NCBI GenBank assembly: GCA_964016885.1
Contig: OZ024741.1
Location: 134,106,001-134,170,000 of the forward strand
DNA length: 64,000 bases
Direction: 5' to 3'
From: Eledone cirrhosa
Lineage: Eukaryota
The notes beneath the pieces are model-generated. The model was not told the DNA's origin. It ran no database searches and was given only the letters and a program-made list of their open reading frames with translations. The position numbers and the translations under genes were made by a program. Shown in pieces: positions 12,961 to 29,694 of the stretch (position 1 is the first letter of the stretch; every line of letters starts with the position of its first letter).

Positions 12961-13674
12961 AAAAAGTTAGAATTATAAAAGGAAAAAGTTTATATAGAGG
13001 TTGGTATATAGAATAGTTCTGTAGTAATAGAAACTGTGATACTATCTCAATCAATCATGTTTCTAGCAACTGGTGTTTCTAGCAGCCAGTCGTTAGGATG
13101 ACACTCTATATGCTTTCATAGTTAGCTATCGCCACTGGTCTCTATTCTCTATCATGTGTAGAAGGGTCTCGGTGTTGTGACCAATAGAGTCTTTGATGTT
13201 ACCGGACCGGGATTTTCTTTGTCTGCCTCTCTTTTGCTCTCCCTCGACTGTGCCCTGAAAAATCATTTTAGACAAGTCATACTATATACAGGTTGGTATG
13301 TAGAATGGTTCTTCTGTGATACTATATCGAAGAATGACTCTGCAGTAGTAGTGTTGATTCATTGATATTAGTGTTAGCAACCGCGTCATTAAGCAGCTGC
13401 TGCTGCTAGTTATTTGACTTACTGACCAATATTTTCAGCCAATCAGCTGCCGGGAAACTATGCTACCCCAACCATCCCTATTAACTTCCTACTCTCTAGT
13501 TATTTACAGTAATTCAGGTTTCCCCTTAAAATCTCAGAATGTTCCAGAGATCTTAAACCCCTGCCCCAATACACCTACATTCAAGCTTTTTCATCATTTC
13601 ATTTTTTTCCTATCAATGAAGCAATCTCTACTGGTTGCTCCATTTAAAACTGACTGGTAGTCACCAGCAGGCTT

Positions 13675-13890
13675 GCTGCTGCTGATAGTGTTGTTATTGT
13701 TGCTAATGGTGTTGTTATTGTTGCTACTGCTGTTGTAGAGGTGGTGATTGCTACTGTTGTTATTTTTGCTGATAGTGTTGCTGTTGATGGTGTTGTTATT
13801 GTTGTTGTTGCTGGTGCTGTTGTTCTTGCTACCATCACTACTACTATTACTACTACTACTACTACAACCTGCTACTACTACTACTACTAC
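13675..13890. repeat. (TGT/TGC)n followed by (TAC)n tract
   Basis: Direct inspection. Confidence 0.85.
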
Positions 13891-15565
13891 CTGTCACCCT
13901 TCTGTGTATTAGTATTCCACTGATTTCTCTGCCTGTTGCTGCTGCTATAGTATGTAACCCAAGTAAAACTACAAATTAATCGGTACATCAATTATTTTAT
14001 TAGTTTTTCCTCTTGCTTCTCTCCACCATTCTAGTTGTTTTCTCATCTAATATTGACCTCTTTTACCTTAATTATCTTTCTTTCATTTCCACCAGAAATT
14101 CCCCCCACACCCATCCAACCCACGATTTTTCTTTTTACTCCGTAGTTTTCATTATCTTCTTGACACCAACCCGGCCAAAACCGGTTCAGTTCTATGAAAC
14201 AAAACCACGCAATTTAAAGGGTTCCTATTTTAATTAATAGCTACACGATATTAAAATTAAGATCTACATGATAAAAGCACTCAGTACATGCTGTAAAGTG
14301 ATTAGTGTTAGGAAAGGCAACCAGCTTGTCAAACAAAGGGTGGTTGTGAGGACCCTTCAGTTGTGCCAAAGACATGTCAACATTCCCTGTGGACTTGGTA
14401 GAATGTGTGACCGTATGTAAAGTGTGCAGACCACTTGGCCGGGTGGGAAGTCAGTAGCCCACTTCAGTACTAACTTGCTAGCAGGGAAAGTGGACATTAA
14501 ATGATGTTGATGATGATGATGAACCACATCTTAGCTTACTGACATAGTAATGAAATAGTAATTTTAGTAAATCTCTCAAAATTAACATCACCATCATCAT
14601 CATTATCATATATCTATTTTTCCTGCTAGCAAGGAATGGATGGAAATGGGATTAGATTATATGTTGAACAAGTCCTATCTATGAGTTAAGACATCTGTAT
14701 CTTCTGCAATATTTCAGACACTTAGTCCCTGATTAGGGTGTTGAAGTCATGATCATAAAGGTCAAGGGTTCTATTCCTAGGCTGAGAGGCATGTGTTCTT
14801 GAGCAAAATATTTTATTGCATGTTGCTCCTTCTGCCAGTAGTTGTGAGCGACAGACAGTATCATTGTTTCCTTGGTCTGATCTAATTATCTGTACCTTTC
14901 CTTTCCCATTTTACACTAACTTCCTTTGTATGTGCGTCATTGTCATTATCGTCATCATCATCATCATCATCAACATCATCACCAACATCATATGTCTATT
15001 TTAATACTTGCATGGGTTAGATTGGTTGTCACACAATGAGGCTAGACTGATAGGCCAGAGGACTGTGTCTTGCTCGTATATTCCATTTTGGCATATTTTC
15101 TATGGCTGGATGCCTTTAATGCCAATCACTTCATTGCATGTGTTAGGTTTGTTTTCTCATGACACCACCACTACCACTGGGCAAAGTGGATTGTTTTTTG
15201 TTTTGTTTTGTTTTTTTGTGGCACCAACACTACCACTTTACAGTGTGGGTTGGATGTATTAATGTGACACCAGCATTTCCATTTCTGCTGCTTGCTCAGC
15301 TAATGTCTACCCATTTCTCTGCTAACAGGATGCTACTCTATTCCCCCAGAAGAATTTGTAGCATTGTCTATTGCCTGTGAGAAGTCTCGTTGACGCTCCT
15401 CTCCATCTTGCTTCTTGTACACAACATAAATCCATTGCATTCACTCCTGGCGTGCTGTGTGTGTATGTAATGGGAGTTAATTTTGATTAGGGAAAATTAA
15501 AAAATAATGTACAAATAATCGGAATTGATATATGTAAACTGGGGTCTCTACCAGTAATACACCAA

Positions 15566-15728
15566 AGAAACCTGCTATGAAGAGCAACCTCGTAGGAGGC
15601 TGGTTAAACCTGTGCAAATGTGAGCTATAACAACTGGAGTCTATCAGAAAAGCACCCAAGAAACCTAATATGAAATGCAACCTCATAGGAGGTTGGCTAA
15701 ACCTGTGCAGGTGTGAGCCATAACAACA
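15566..15728. repeat. Diverged tandem duplication, period about 92 bp
   Basis: Two copies of aagaaacct..tatgaa..gcaacctc.taggagg.tgg.taaacctgtgca..tgtgagc.ataacaac. Confidence 0.75.
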
Positions 15729-16115
15729 ATATATCTAGGAAGATTACCTTGAATATATATTCAGGTTACCTTGAATAAAGTATAGCCAGTTGTGTGGCCC
15801 AGGTCATATCTAACTGCACCATCTACTGTTTGATTTATTGTCTTTCACTGCCATTATCAGCACTTAACATTGAGACACAACATTTATAACTATCAACTTA
15901 GAAAATAAACTACTCCATATGTTAAGACATAATTAATTTGCTAAGTCAGAAATGAAGGTATATGTTACTTGATAAGATATCAGTAAAAAATAATTGAAAA
16001 ATACATTTTATTACACTGCATACTTACAGAATTTTAGTTCCACAGCTTTTATTAAAGCAGAATAGCTTTTGTGTTGAAGTTTTTAATGTAATTACTCTAA
16101 TGTGCCCCAGATATA

Positions 16116-16330
16116 ACACACACACACGCACACACGCACGCACGCGCGTGTGTGTGTGTGTATATATATATATGTGTGTGTGTGTATATATATATATGTG
16201 TGTGTGTGTATATATATATGTGTGTGTGTGTGTGTGTATATATATGTGTGTGTGTGTGTGTATATATATGTGTGTGTGTGTGTGTGTATATATATATGTG
16301 TGTGTGTGTCTATATATATACATATATACA
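16116..16330. repeat. Compound (CA)n then [(TG)n(TA)n]m microsatellite
   Basis: Direct inspection; explains the spurious ORFs at 16024-16360. Confidence 0.95.
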
Positions 16331-16839
16331 TTAATTGCTTTATTCACCTATAAAAATTAACACCAATCAAACTTCACAGGGGATTAGCTCTATAAAGAGA
16401 AAATATAATTAACAAAGCAATATTAGCAAGGAAAGGGCAGGGGAATGTAAAGCCATTAAAAAGCTACGTAGCTTAAATTGTTAGTCAAAACTTTGCTATG
16501 CTGAATTTCTCAATCAGAGTTTACCAAGGTATTACATTCTAATTACACACTATTAATTGGATGCTTCCTAATTTTATTCAACTCACCTGTAATTGTTTAA
16601 TTATCTTTCATTCTGCATTGAAGATATGAATCTCGATAGGACTGCTTTAGATGAATTAGATGCTGCTGTTATCAAGATCATATAGAATATTCAATGTGTT
16701 TTAACGTCTAAACTCAACTTAGTAGACATTGTATCAAATCCTTTTCCCCCTTTGAACTGCCTTCTCACTAATGTATTTAATCTAATTAGTCATACTATGA
16801 CAGTTCAAATTCAACACTAAGCATACCAGTATTGGTGGC

Positions 16840-17120
16840 TCCTGGCATAGTGATAAGGAAGTTGGACTTACGATCACAATGTTGTGGGTCAATTCCTGGA
16901 TTGGGTTGTGTATTGTGTTCTTGAGCAAAAACACTTCATTTCATGTTGCCCCAGTATACTTAGCTGAAAATGAGTACCAGCAATAGCTGAGGGTTTAACT
17001 CTGTGATGGACTGGTGTTCTGTCCAGGGGAAAGTCTTGTACTCTGTTGTTTCATGCATAGAAACCAGGATAAGGACCATCCTGATGAGCCTTCAGGCTCA
17101 AGGCAGACTTTACACTTCGA
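16840..17120 (+). mobile_element. tRNA-SINE group A, AGACTTT-tail variant
   Basis: Homologous to 55950-56230. Confidence 0.8.
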
Positions 17121-17143
17121 AACTAGTATTGCTTAGTTTAGAA

Positions 17144-18604
17144 TCTCTCTCTGTATAAAATTCTTTGTCTCTCTGTCTGTCTGTTTGTCTGCTCAAACGG
17201 CTGGACCAAAACAAATCAAATTTTACACAAGGTAATAATAGTATTAGACCCCAGGAGTGTCAACATGTAATTTTTATTTTCATTTGGACTAAAACAATAT
17301 GACATTTTATCTAAAATAACCTTTCTATAGTAAACCACCACCACCACAATGTCACATTTTGTATATGAGTGTGTATGTGTCTGTGAGTGTGTGTGTGTTT
17401 GCAAGTTTGTTACGTAAGTTAGGCCTCAGAGAATTAAACACATACACACATCTAGAAATACATATACACATTATCTTCACACACAGACAATTGAACACAT
17501 ACACACACATCTACACAAGTAACAGGTGTGTGTGAGTGTATGTCTGTGTGTGTCTGTTTTAGTATATGTGAGTGTATGTGTGTGTGAGTGTGTATGAGTG
17601 TATGTGTGATAATTTTTATTTTAACGTTAGGCCTCAGAGAATTAAACAAACACACACACATCTACACAAACAGATACATATGTGATGACAGACTGTTGTG
17701 CATGAATGTGAGTGTCTGTCTTCATATATGTATGTGAGTGTATGTGTGATCATTTTTATTTTCATTTGGATTAAAACACAATGATGTCACATTTTGTATA
17801 TGAATATGTATGTGTCTGTGAGTGTGTGTGCGCGCATTCATTAGGTACGTTATTAAATACATACACACATCTACACATAATGTAGTGACTGACCAAAAAT
17901 GAGGTGAAAAGCTATGCGTGTGTCTGCCATGAATAATAATAATAATAATTAAATTATTGTGTAAAGTGCTCAGGTGCACTACAACTCGTCAAAGGTGCAT
18001 GTATAGTACATAGAATAATATACAAATGTCAGGGAAGTGAATAGTGTATGAGTCATGATATACATGTGTGTATGTGTATGGAGGGGAAATATTAGGTGTA
18101 GTGTTGGCGAATCTCGGGAAGCATGGAGGTTTTAAAGGATGCAGTGTTTCGACAGCTAACAACTGATGCAGGTAGTTTGTTCCATGCTTCAGCAACTCTG
18201 AGCGTGAAAAAATGTTTCCGAAAGTCATGGGAACTGTGCTATTTTCTGACTTTGTGGGCATGCCCACGTGTGTTAGACACATGGAAATCAAAAAGGTACT
18301 CAGGGTTGTTGTTGGCAAGATGGTTAATAATTTTGTATGTCTGTGTGTGAGAGTGTAGCAACAATTTATTCATTTGGACACCAACAAAAAATTATACAAT
18401 GAATATTGTTTACTCTAAGGTGCTTCAGGATTGACAAATTTTCATTTCTAAATTCTATTATCATTACAATTTTGATATTTTTTTAATAAAATATAGATAT
18501 TTTTGAAATAATTATGAGAAAAAAAAAGCATATCTTCATATTTATTGTTTACTAATCTGAATAAGAACAGTAGTAACCTGGGCAACGCTGGGTTTTTCAG
18601 CTAG
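17144..18604 (+). mobile_element. Non-autonomous Helitron, degraded, with nested CR1 fragment
   Basis: A|TC start followed by (TCTG)n; 3' CCTGGGCAACGCTGGG hairpin and CTAG|T like the end at 63821-63849. Confidence 0.7.
17932..18340 (-). mobile_element. CR1 LINE 3' fragment
   Basis: Near-identical to 59247-59655; (TTA)n tail; FFTLRVAEAWNKLP. Confidence 0.9.
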
Positions 18605-19304
18605 TGTTTTATAAAAATCTATGGGCTTTGTATTTCTTATGAAAGAAAAGTTGATTTGTTTAATATATGATTAACTTTTTCATTACTATATTTCTAATGA
18701 AAGATACTACTTTTAATTTTTGAATAATTTTTTTTAAATAATCAAAAAATTGGAGGGGTTTAGAGATATAACCTTCTCATTTTTAAACTGGTGTTTGGAA
18801 CATAAAATTATGATGGAGGGTTTTTGAATAAATATAAAGATTTTAAAACAAACAGCCTTGTATCATAGAACCAGGGACAGTTTCAGGTAGTTTGATATCA
18901 AACAAATTAATGTTTTTTGGTAAATCTTTTCTCAGAAATCTTCAGTAACTTCATCCCACACTTAAAAATGGATACTAGATAGAAGCTCTAATTCCATTTC
19001 ACTGGTCTTCCAAATTCTTTTCTCTTCTATGTAATTATTTTTGTATTCCACTAAATAGTTCTTAAAATATTCAGATATGTTATGTATTTCTATGGTTGTG
19101 GTGAAGGAGGCAATGAGAACCTATTTCAGTTGCAGAGATTTGGTTTATAATCATTTGGCAGCGAACCAACTTGGGTACTTTGAAGTTTGATTTTTTTCAT
19201 TTGTTTTCCTTAAGCTTTAGATATCAACTTGAAAAACTTGTAGCCAATACCAGAGCTATGTTTTTCTAGAATCATCTGGGGTGAGGTGGAGGGGGGAGTA
19301 TAAT

Positions 19305-19880
19305 AATAATGGTTTCTAATTTAGGCACAAGGCCAACAATTTTTTTTGGGGGGGTGGCAGCGAAAATTGATTATATCTACCCCGGTATGACATACTTTAC
19401 TTTTTCAGCCCGAGGAGGATTATAGGCAAAATATAATAATAATTGTTTCTACTTATGGCGCATTACTGGTGTTTTATTTTATTGACCCGTAAGGATGAAA
19501 GGCAAAGTTAACCTCAGCGGGATTTGAACTCAGACCTAAAGGTGCGTAACTCTATGCTGCAAAGCATGGTGTGCAACCCTCTACCAAAAATATAATAATA
19601 ATGAAGATTTCCTTTATTGGTCACTAAGTTGCACAACATTAATAATAATGGTTTCTAATTTAGGCACAAGGCTAGAATTTTTTTGTTTGTGTGTATCTGG
19701 TAAGAGAGGAGTTGATTAAATTGATCCCAGTACATGGCTGGTACTATATTTTATCAACCCCCAGAAGGAGGAAAGGCAAAGTTGACTTTGGTGGAATTTG
19801 AATTCAGAATGTAAAGGGTCGTAACTAAACATCACAAAATATTTTGTCAAACATTCTAACAATTCCACTAATCCTCCACC
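19305..19880 (-). mobile_element. Cluster of three partial group B SINEs
   Basis: Repeated tttcta.tt..ggcacaaggc and ggatgaaaggcaaagtt.acct modules. Confidence 0.75.
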
Positions 19881-20495
19881 CTAACATTAATGTTAATAAT
19901 AATATTTATCAAAAAAGAATTCCTATTAAACTTAAATGAGTATCAACAAATATAAAAATTGAAGCAGGTAACTAAAAAAATAATAAATATAAATAATTTC
20001 TAAGCTTTGCATTCTTTCTTGTGAAATACTCTCTCCCATCTTCTTTGGCATTTTACCATGGATTTATAAAGCAGTTTGTCTAGCAGGAAATACGTAATGT
20101 TGCCTGGATCCTTGTTACTTGAAAATTTAGTTTCCATTTACTAGAAAACTTGAATTTTCTTTTTTTATTATATAGTTTCATGTGAATATCAACAAATATT
20201 TCTCTCATCTGTTTTTTTTATCATTCGATTTTTTCAAGAATCTTATGAAATTTTTACATTAGAGAGATTCTCGTGCCCTTCGCACAACTAAAAAATCCTC
20301 TTGTTCCTTTTTGGGGATGTTATACAAATAATTGTTAATTGTGATGGTAATACTTGTAGTATGTCATATGCACTGATTTAATCAAAATATTTAATTCATT
20401 TATCTACTTTTTGTCAAAAATTTGTTTGTTTTTATAAACATTCTTCTTTTAATTAAATGTAATTTAATTACTATTTTTCTTTTTGTATTTTTCAG

Positions 20496-20636
20496 AATGG
20501 ATTTGTGGAATTTTATGAAAGTGGGCATGACAATCAATCTGGAGATAATTGGCCATCAATAAGAAATATCTGTGTTTTTGCAACTGGGGCATTGGGATTC
20601 TTGACACTAGGAGCCTTTCTGGCTCAGAAGTCCTAG
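20496..20636 (+). CDS. Terminal coding exon of a Bcl-2/Bcl-xL-like apoptosis regulator (second half of BH2 plus C-terminal TM anchor)
   Basis: Strong acceptor ttttcttttgtatttttcAG, then NGFVEFYESGHDNQSGDNWPSIRNICVFATGALGFLTLGAFLAQKS*. This parallels BCL2 (GGW|DAFVELY...W.SLK...ITLGAYLGHK*) with the family's phase-0 BH2 intron. Too short for the ORF track. Confidence 0.88.
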   Translation, partial: NGFVEFYESGHDNQSGDNWPSIRNICVFATGALGFLTLGAFLAQKS

Positions 20637-21685
20637 CATTGAGCTGTTTTCTTAGCTTGATTTCAAGCTAAGCTAAGCTCAGTTCAAATCTAGTTCCATG
20701 TTTACTCTGGCTCAGATACGTTCTGATCCAGATAATGTTCAAGTACTGAAACTGAAAATAGACTCACATCCTGCATGTTACAGAGTCACAAATTAAAAAC
20801 ACTTGAGTCATTGTGTTTGATACAGAGTCTACTAGTCCAGTGGGAGTATGCTGAAAACAACAACAAAAACAATAGCAACATTCTCAGATTATCAAAATTT
20901 GTTCTCACTTTCCTCTTTCCTGAGCATAGTATCTGTATATGAGTATATATATATTATATATGTAACTAAGGCTCTTGATCCAAAGTCTAAGACAAGACAT
21001 AACAATAAGGAAATTAATACATTGGAATGTAGAGTATTATATTTCTATCTATAATGAATGCCCAATGGTAGTACCAATGTTTCTAATCTTACAAGTTTCC
21101 CAAGGAGAGATTTGTAACATATGAAACATTTGCACTGTCATTGGGCATTCATTATAGATATCTATATATATACAATACAACAACAAGCATTCAGTTAGCC
21201 TTGTGGGCCCCATGGTGGGCTTCATACTCATCATTGGGTCCTTATTGAGGCAATATTTTACAGCCAGATGCCCTTTCTAGCACCAACTCTTTTAGTCATC
21301 TCTTATGACATGCAGGAATATGGTGTACATATTCTAAACCGGATACACACATGTATATGTCTGTCATGATGGTGTATGTATTATACTATATGAATTATGA
21401 TACTGATGATATATATTTATAGATATGTGTTATACTCATATACATTGTAAATATATATATATGTATAAGGCATTATACATATACACATATATATATATAT
21501 ATGTATGCATGTATGTATATGTGTATATTCATCTTCGTTGTTTTAACATTTGCTTTTCCATGCTGGCATAGGTTGGGCATGACTTTTTAAAGCAGTTTTA
21601 TGGCAGAATTCCCTTTACGCTAACACTATTTAGTTATTTGTTATTGTAAGCAGGGATACAGTGTAATTATTCTAAAAATTAGGAT

Positions 21686-21735
<50 letters not shown>

Positions 21736-21803
21736 TCATCATTTAACGTCCATCTTCCATGCTTGCATGGGTTTGGATATATATATATATATATATATAT
21801 ACA

Positions 21804-21903
21804 CAGTGAAATTCCGTTTTAACAAAATTCACGGGATATTAAAAAAAGTTGTTGTAACGAAAAATTCTTTATAATGGTATTCATTATAACAGAATTTTAC
21901 CAG
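21804..21903. mobile_element. Short pogo/Tigger-like MITE, degraded
   Basis: CAGTGAAATTCCGTTTTAAC ... TTATAACAGAATTTTACCAG-TA imperfect TIRs in (TA)n. Confidence 0.5.
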
Positions 21904-22259
21904 TATATATACACACACACACACACACACATTATATTGATATGTATTCACATATGTATATCATTATTCAAAGTTTGTTTTCCCAGCTACCAAAGGTTGG
22001 ACATGTCTACACAGACCGAGTCAGTACTGAAGCAGGGCTACTGATCTCTCAGATGGGTTGAGGGCCTTCATCTTGTTCATGTTCCCATGCTCTGAGTGAT
22101 TTTTATCATGACACTAGCATGATACAAGCACTAGGGAGTTGTTGTCTTTGACACAGCTGAAGGGTGTAATGTTTTTATCTCTGTATCTCTCTCTCTCTCT
22201 CTCTCCCTCTCTCCCTCTATATATATATATTTGTGTGTGCATATATATATATATATATA

Positions 22260-22737
22260 GGCATACGTTAAGACGGGCGTTGCGGAAAGTGAAAGTAAAT
22301 TTTTTGACAACAATGTGAATTTGTTTTTTGTTTTTTTACAGTGAAAGTTACGATACACACGCAATTGTATGGATTTCTTAATTTATATATATGTGTGGGT
22401 GTGTATATGTGTGTCTGTATGTATATATATATGTGTGTTTGTATATATATATGTGTTTGTGTCATCATCATTGTTTAACGTCTATCTAAAGAAAAAATAA
22501 TCACACACGCAATACTAATTAACACCATATCACTATAGAGACCTGTTGTAAATAAACAAAATTCACAGTGTACACACATATATATACACACCCATACATA
22601 TATATATATTAAGAAATCCATACAATTGCGTGTGTATCGTAACTTTCACTGTAAAAAAAAAAAAAAAAAAAAAAAATTCACATTGTTTGTCAAAAAATTT
22701 ACTTTCACTTTCCGCAACGCCCGTCTTAACGTATGCC
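22260..22737. mobile_element. Foldback/MITE with about 125-150 bp terminal inverted repeats
   Basis: GGCATACGTTAAGACGGGCGTTGCGGAAAGTGAAAG... at 22260 is the near-perfect reverse complement of the sequence ending at 22737; inserted in (TA)n. Confidence 0.85.
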
Positions 22738-23518
22738 ATATATATATATATATATGATCTTTGTGTATGTTTATTTCATTATCTAAGTACCCCACCTTTA
22801 ACCCCCCCCCCTCCCAAGTCACTTCCCCCATCCCCAAATTATGCTTCTAACAACTGCCAGCATTAAAAGGTAGCCCCCTTCCACCTTCATCTCTCTCATA
22901 GCCCAGCCCAACCTATACCAACATACATAGACAGATACCACCACCCTTCCAAACCCAATCCATACCAACATACATAGAAAGATGCCCCACTCTTCCACAC
23001 CCTTCCCATACCAACATGGAAATCCAAACACGCTCCACTCTGTACCACAATAAAATGCTTGGTTGGGGCTTGGATGGGCATTTGACCATGGAGGCCGTTC
23101 CAAAACAAAAATGGATTGTATGAACTAGATATAAGCTCCTGTCCAGTCTAGTTTCAGAGCAAGATAACCCATCTGGCTGAAGCGGGCATAGGAAATAGAT
23201 GTTTAATTATGATGAAGGTGTTCCACACCCCTCATACACTTTTCCTGCTCAACCAATGCATGTATGGATGACAGCCAGACAGGCTCCACACGTGCTCTCT
23301 CATAGTACTGGTACCATGATGAAAAGCACCAAGTACACTCTGTAATACGGTTGTCATTAGGAAGGGCATCCAGCTGTAGAAAATCAAGCCAAAATCAGGT
23401 CGTATGAGCAAGACGTGGTGACCTGACTTGGTGAGACACATGACAACCTGTCTAACCGGTGCAAGCATGGAGAATAAACTTTAAACAGTGATGATGATAT
23501 ATATATATATATATACAC

Positions 23519-23550
<32 letters not shown>

Positions 23551-23708
23551 TCATTTCATTCAGGCTAAACATTGTTTTCTTACTCTGGAGTTTTGTCTGT
23601 TTATCACAGTCATCAGACAAGAACTCCAGAGTAACAAGACTCACTATTTCGCCTTAATAAAATGTATATTAAAACTCTACTTCAATATTGAGTACTCTTT
23701 TCTCAGAC
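23551..23708. mobile_element. Penelope-like mini-palindrome with degenerate hammerhead and tail
   Basis: Minus strand tcttgt-CTGATGA-ctgt gataa acag-ac-AAAA-ctc ca gag-TA; plus arm ctccagag-TA-acaaga; tail TATTGAGTACTC at 23686-23697; flanked by (TA)n. Confidence 0.6.
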
Positions 23709-24146
23709 ATATATATATATACATACAAACACACACACACACATAAATATACAATACTATGGCCATATCACTTTGAAAACATTGGTTTTCTCCAATGGAG
23801 ATGATGAATATATATACTTATGTATTCATAATATTTTTTTCTTTTCTTTTGCATTTCTATAATTCTTATGAAAATAATGTATTCTATTTGAATTATGATT
23901 ACTTCTTACGCCAAACTTTCTTTAAAAGGTGCTTTTAATATTGTATGTCATTATGGATTATTTTCACCTTCAATTAACGTTAGCACAAATAATCTAGAAA
24001 ACTAAACTCTTACCTAAAAATCTCATTTAACTTTATTTATCTCATGTATCATCATTTTAATTCACCTTTATTGTTGTTTTCTTAACTACATTTGATTTGT
24101 AATGTTATGCATACACTCCATTTAAAACACCCATACACACACACAT

Positions 24147-27245
<3,099 letters not shown>

Positions 27246-27498
27246 CCTATATACATCACACTTGCACATACACATCCTTTAAAAACACCCATATATATAT
27301 ATATATGTGTGTGTAAATAGTATGGGAAATGGATGTTAAATGATGATGATGATATATATACTTTACATTTGCGCGTACACACACTCTATACATTATTTTG
27401 CCTAACATTTATCATATATTACCTTTTTAGCATTATATTAAATTCTGTGAAACATAGATAAATTTCAAATCTACTTATTACCTTTTTTTTCCTCTGTG

Positions 27499-27760
27499 AA
27501 GGCATGTTGCTTAGTGGTTAGAGAATTGAATTCATAATCGAGAGGTTGTGAGTTCATTTCTCGGACTGGGTGATACATTATATTCTTGATTAAGACACTT
27601 TATTTCATGTTGCTCTTTCTGACAAGAGTTGCAACCAGTAGATAGTAATAGCAATGGAAAGACCAATGTAAACATTGTTTGCTTGGTCCAATTTGATGAG
27701 CTCCACCCCACTCGGTATGTGAATAAGGTCTGGGAGCTTGTCAATTGATTGATTCCTTTT
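27499..27760 (+). mobile_element. tRNA-SINE group A, third tail variant
   Basis: Same head and core; tail gagttgcaac...atgagctccaccccactcggta shared with 48234-48490. Confidence 0.75.
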
Positions 27761-27921
27761 TGGTAACAGTTGGACCATGGACATAGCTATAAAATAAAAA
27801 AAAATCAAGCATACACCATTTTAAAAAGAAGTTATTGATCCTTGCTGTAAACTATAATCAATAACAAAATATTTCTCATCAATCTTCTTTAAAATAAGAT
27901 AGGCAAATATTTTTTAATCCT

Positions 27922-28111
27922 TGGCGGTGGATTGGCAGTATCAGTAAAGGGTCAGACGCCATGCTTTGCAGCAAAGAGTTACGGCCCTTTATGATCTGAG
28001 TTCAAATCCCACTGGGGTTAACATTGCCTTTCATCCTTATGGGGTCAATAAAATAAAGTACCAGTAATGCACTGGGTAATTGCTGGCCTTGTGCCAAAAG
28101 TAGAAACAATT
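27922..28111 (+). mobile_element. tRNA-SINE group B
   Basis: GGCGGTGGATTGGCAGTATC head; GAGTTCAAATCC B box; Nin-like core. Confidence 0.85.
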
Positions 28112-29694
28112 ATTTTTTAATCCTGTTATCAATTTAGCACATCTATAATGCAGTTAAGTTGGGAAAGAAATATAAAATTAAATATTATGACATTCTGTTA
28201 ACAACAAACATTTTTCCCCTTTACAAACATAAATATTCTTTTATTGGTATTTTTTTTTTATTTAATTTAAATAATTTGTTTAATTTCAGAATACTGCTAT
28301 ATATATTTTATGTATTATTCAAATATTTGAGTTATTAAGAGAATGTAACAGTAGATCCTTCATTGTGTAAGATGTATGTTTTTTCAAATTATATTGTCAA
28401 CAGGTTGGCTTTGTAATATGCCAGTGTACCAAAGGAATTAATATAGAATGATGTATGAGTTATTTCAACTTGAATTCAACAAATGAGACATAAGCTTGAT
28501 ATATTACAGCACTTCACCACAAAACTGATCTTATATCTAATAACATTTTTGAGTTGGTAGCAAAACATTTTTGGAAAGCAAGTATATCTTATCTTTTAGC
28601 TTACATAATATTGTTTCCAACACTTTAAGGGCGGTGGATTGGTAGAATCATTAGTGCAATATTTTGACACAGCCGTCTATATTCTCATTTTAAATCCCGC
28701 CAAGGTCAACTTTGCCTTTCATCCTTCCAAGCTCAATAAAGTGAAGTACCAGTCAAGTAGTGCAGTCTATATATTCGACTTACTCCTCCCCTCTAGCATA
28801 CCCCTCCCCTGTGTCTACATTAGAAACCATTATTTACAACACTAATCGAATTAGCTTACACTCTCCCCCATCAATATGATTTCTAAAATTAAACTTGGTT
28901 ATATATTTATTTTCAGATTTTGTTTCAGTTTTGATTTTTATATCATTTTTTATTTATTTATGGATTTGTTTCAAGTAAATGTCTTTAAAAGTGCTCTTTC
29001 TTGAGGTTTCGAAAGTTGATCAAATAGAAGATAGGTACTTGTTTGCTACCAAATACTTTCATCACCCATATTTTTCCAACATTTAAATGCTTGTTATTAT
29101 GATTGAGGGTTACTGTTGATATTTAAGCTGAAATTCAGCTGTTCTTTATTTCACCTTTCATTTTCACAGATTCTGGCTGTACCTAATAAGTTGTTGTTAG
29201 GCACTGGACATTCTGAGTAGCAGCTTCATCTCAGAAATTCTGCTTTCTAACTTCTTTCATTTGAGCTGTCCCATCCGTTGCATCCTATTATATATTGAAC
29301 AAGTATATTGAGTGTTGTATAATGTTTCAAATGTTGTGGTTAGGCCTGTTACGAGGTAGAATGTCTTTCTCTTTCCTTCCATTAATAAAACCTGTGTGCA
29401 GCATGTTCCTCTGTTTGATGCTAAAATATTTGGAAATATTTTTAAAAACTCTCCCAAAACTATTAAATTCACTTTACAATGATAAATTTAAGTTTTTATG
29501 AGTGTTTTGAATAGCTAAAATAACTCTTCGGTGCTGTAACACAGTTTTAATTTCAACACATGTACAACTCCAAAATGTCTAAACTTTACTTTATAGAACA
29601 GAACCTGATTGTCAAGTTCAACACTAGTTTGTATATCTTGTTTATCTTATCTACTGATACATGGTGAGCTGGCATTATATATAAGAAATGCGTT

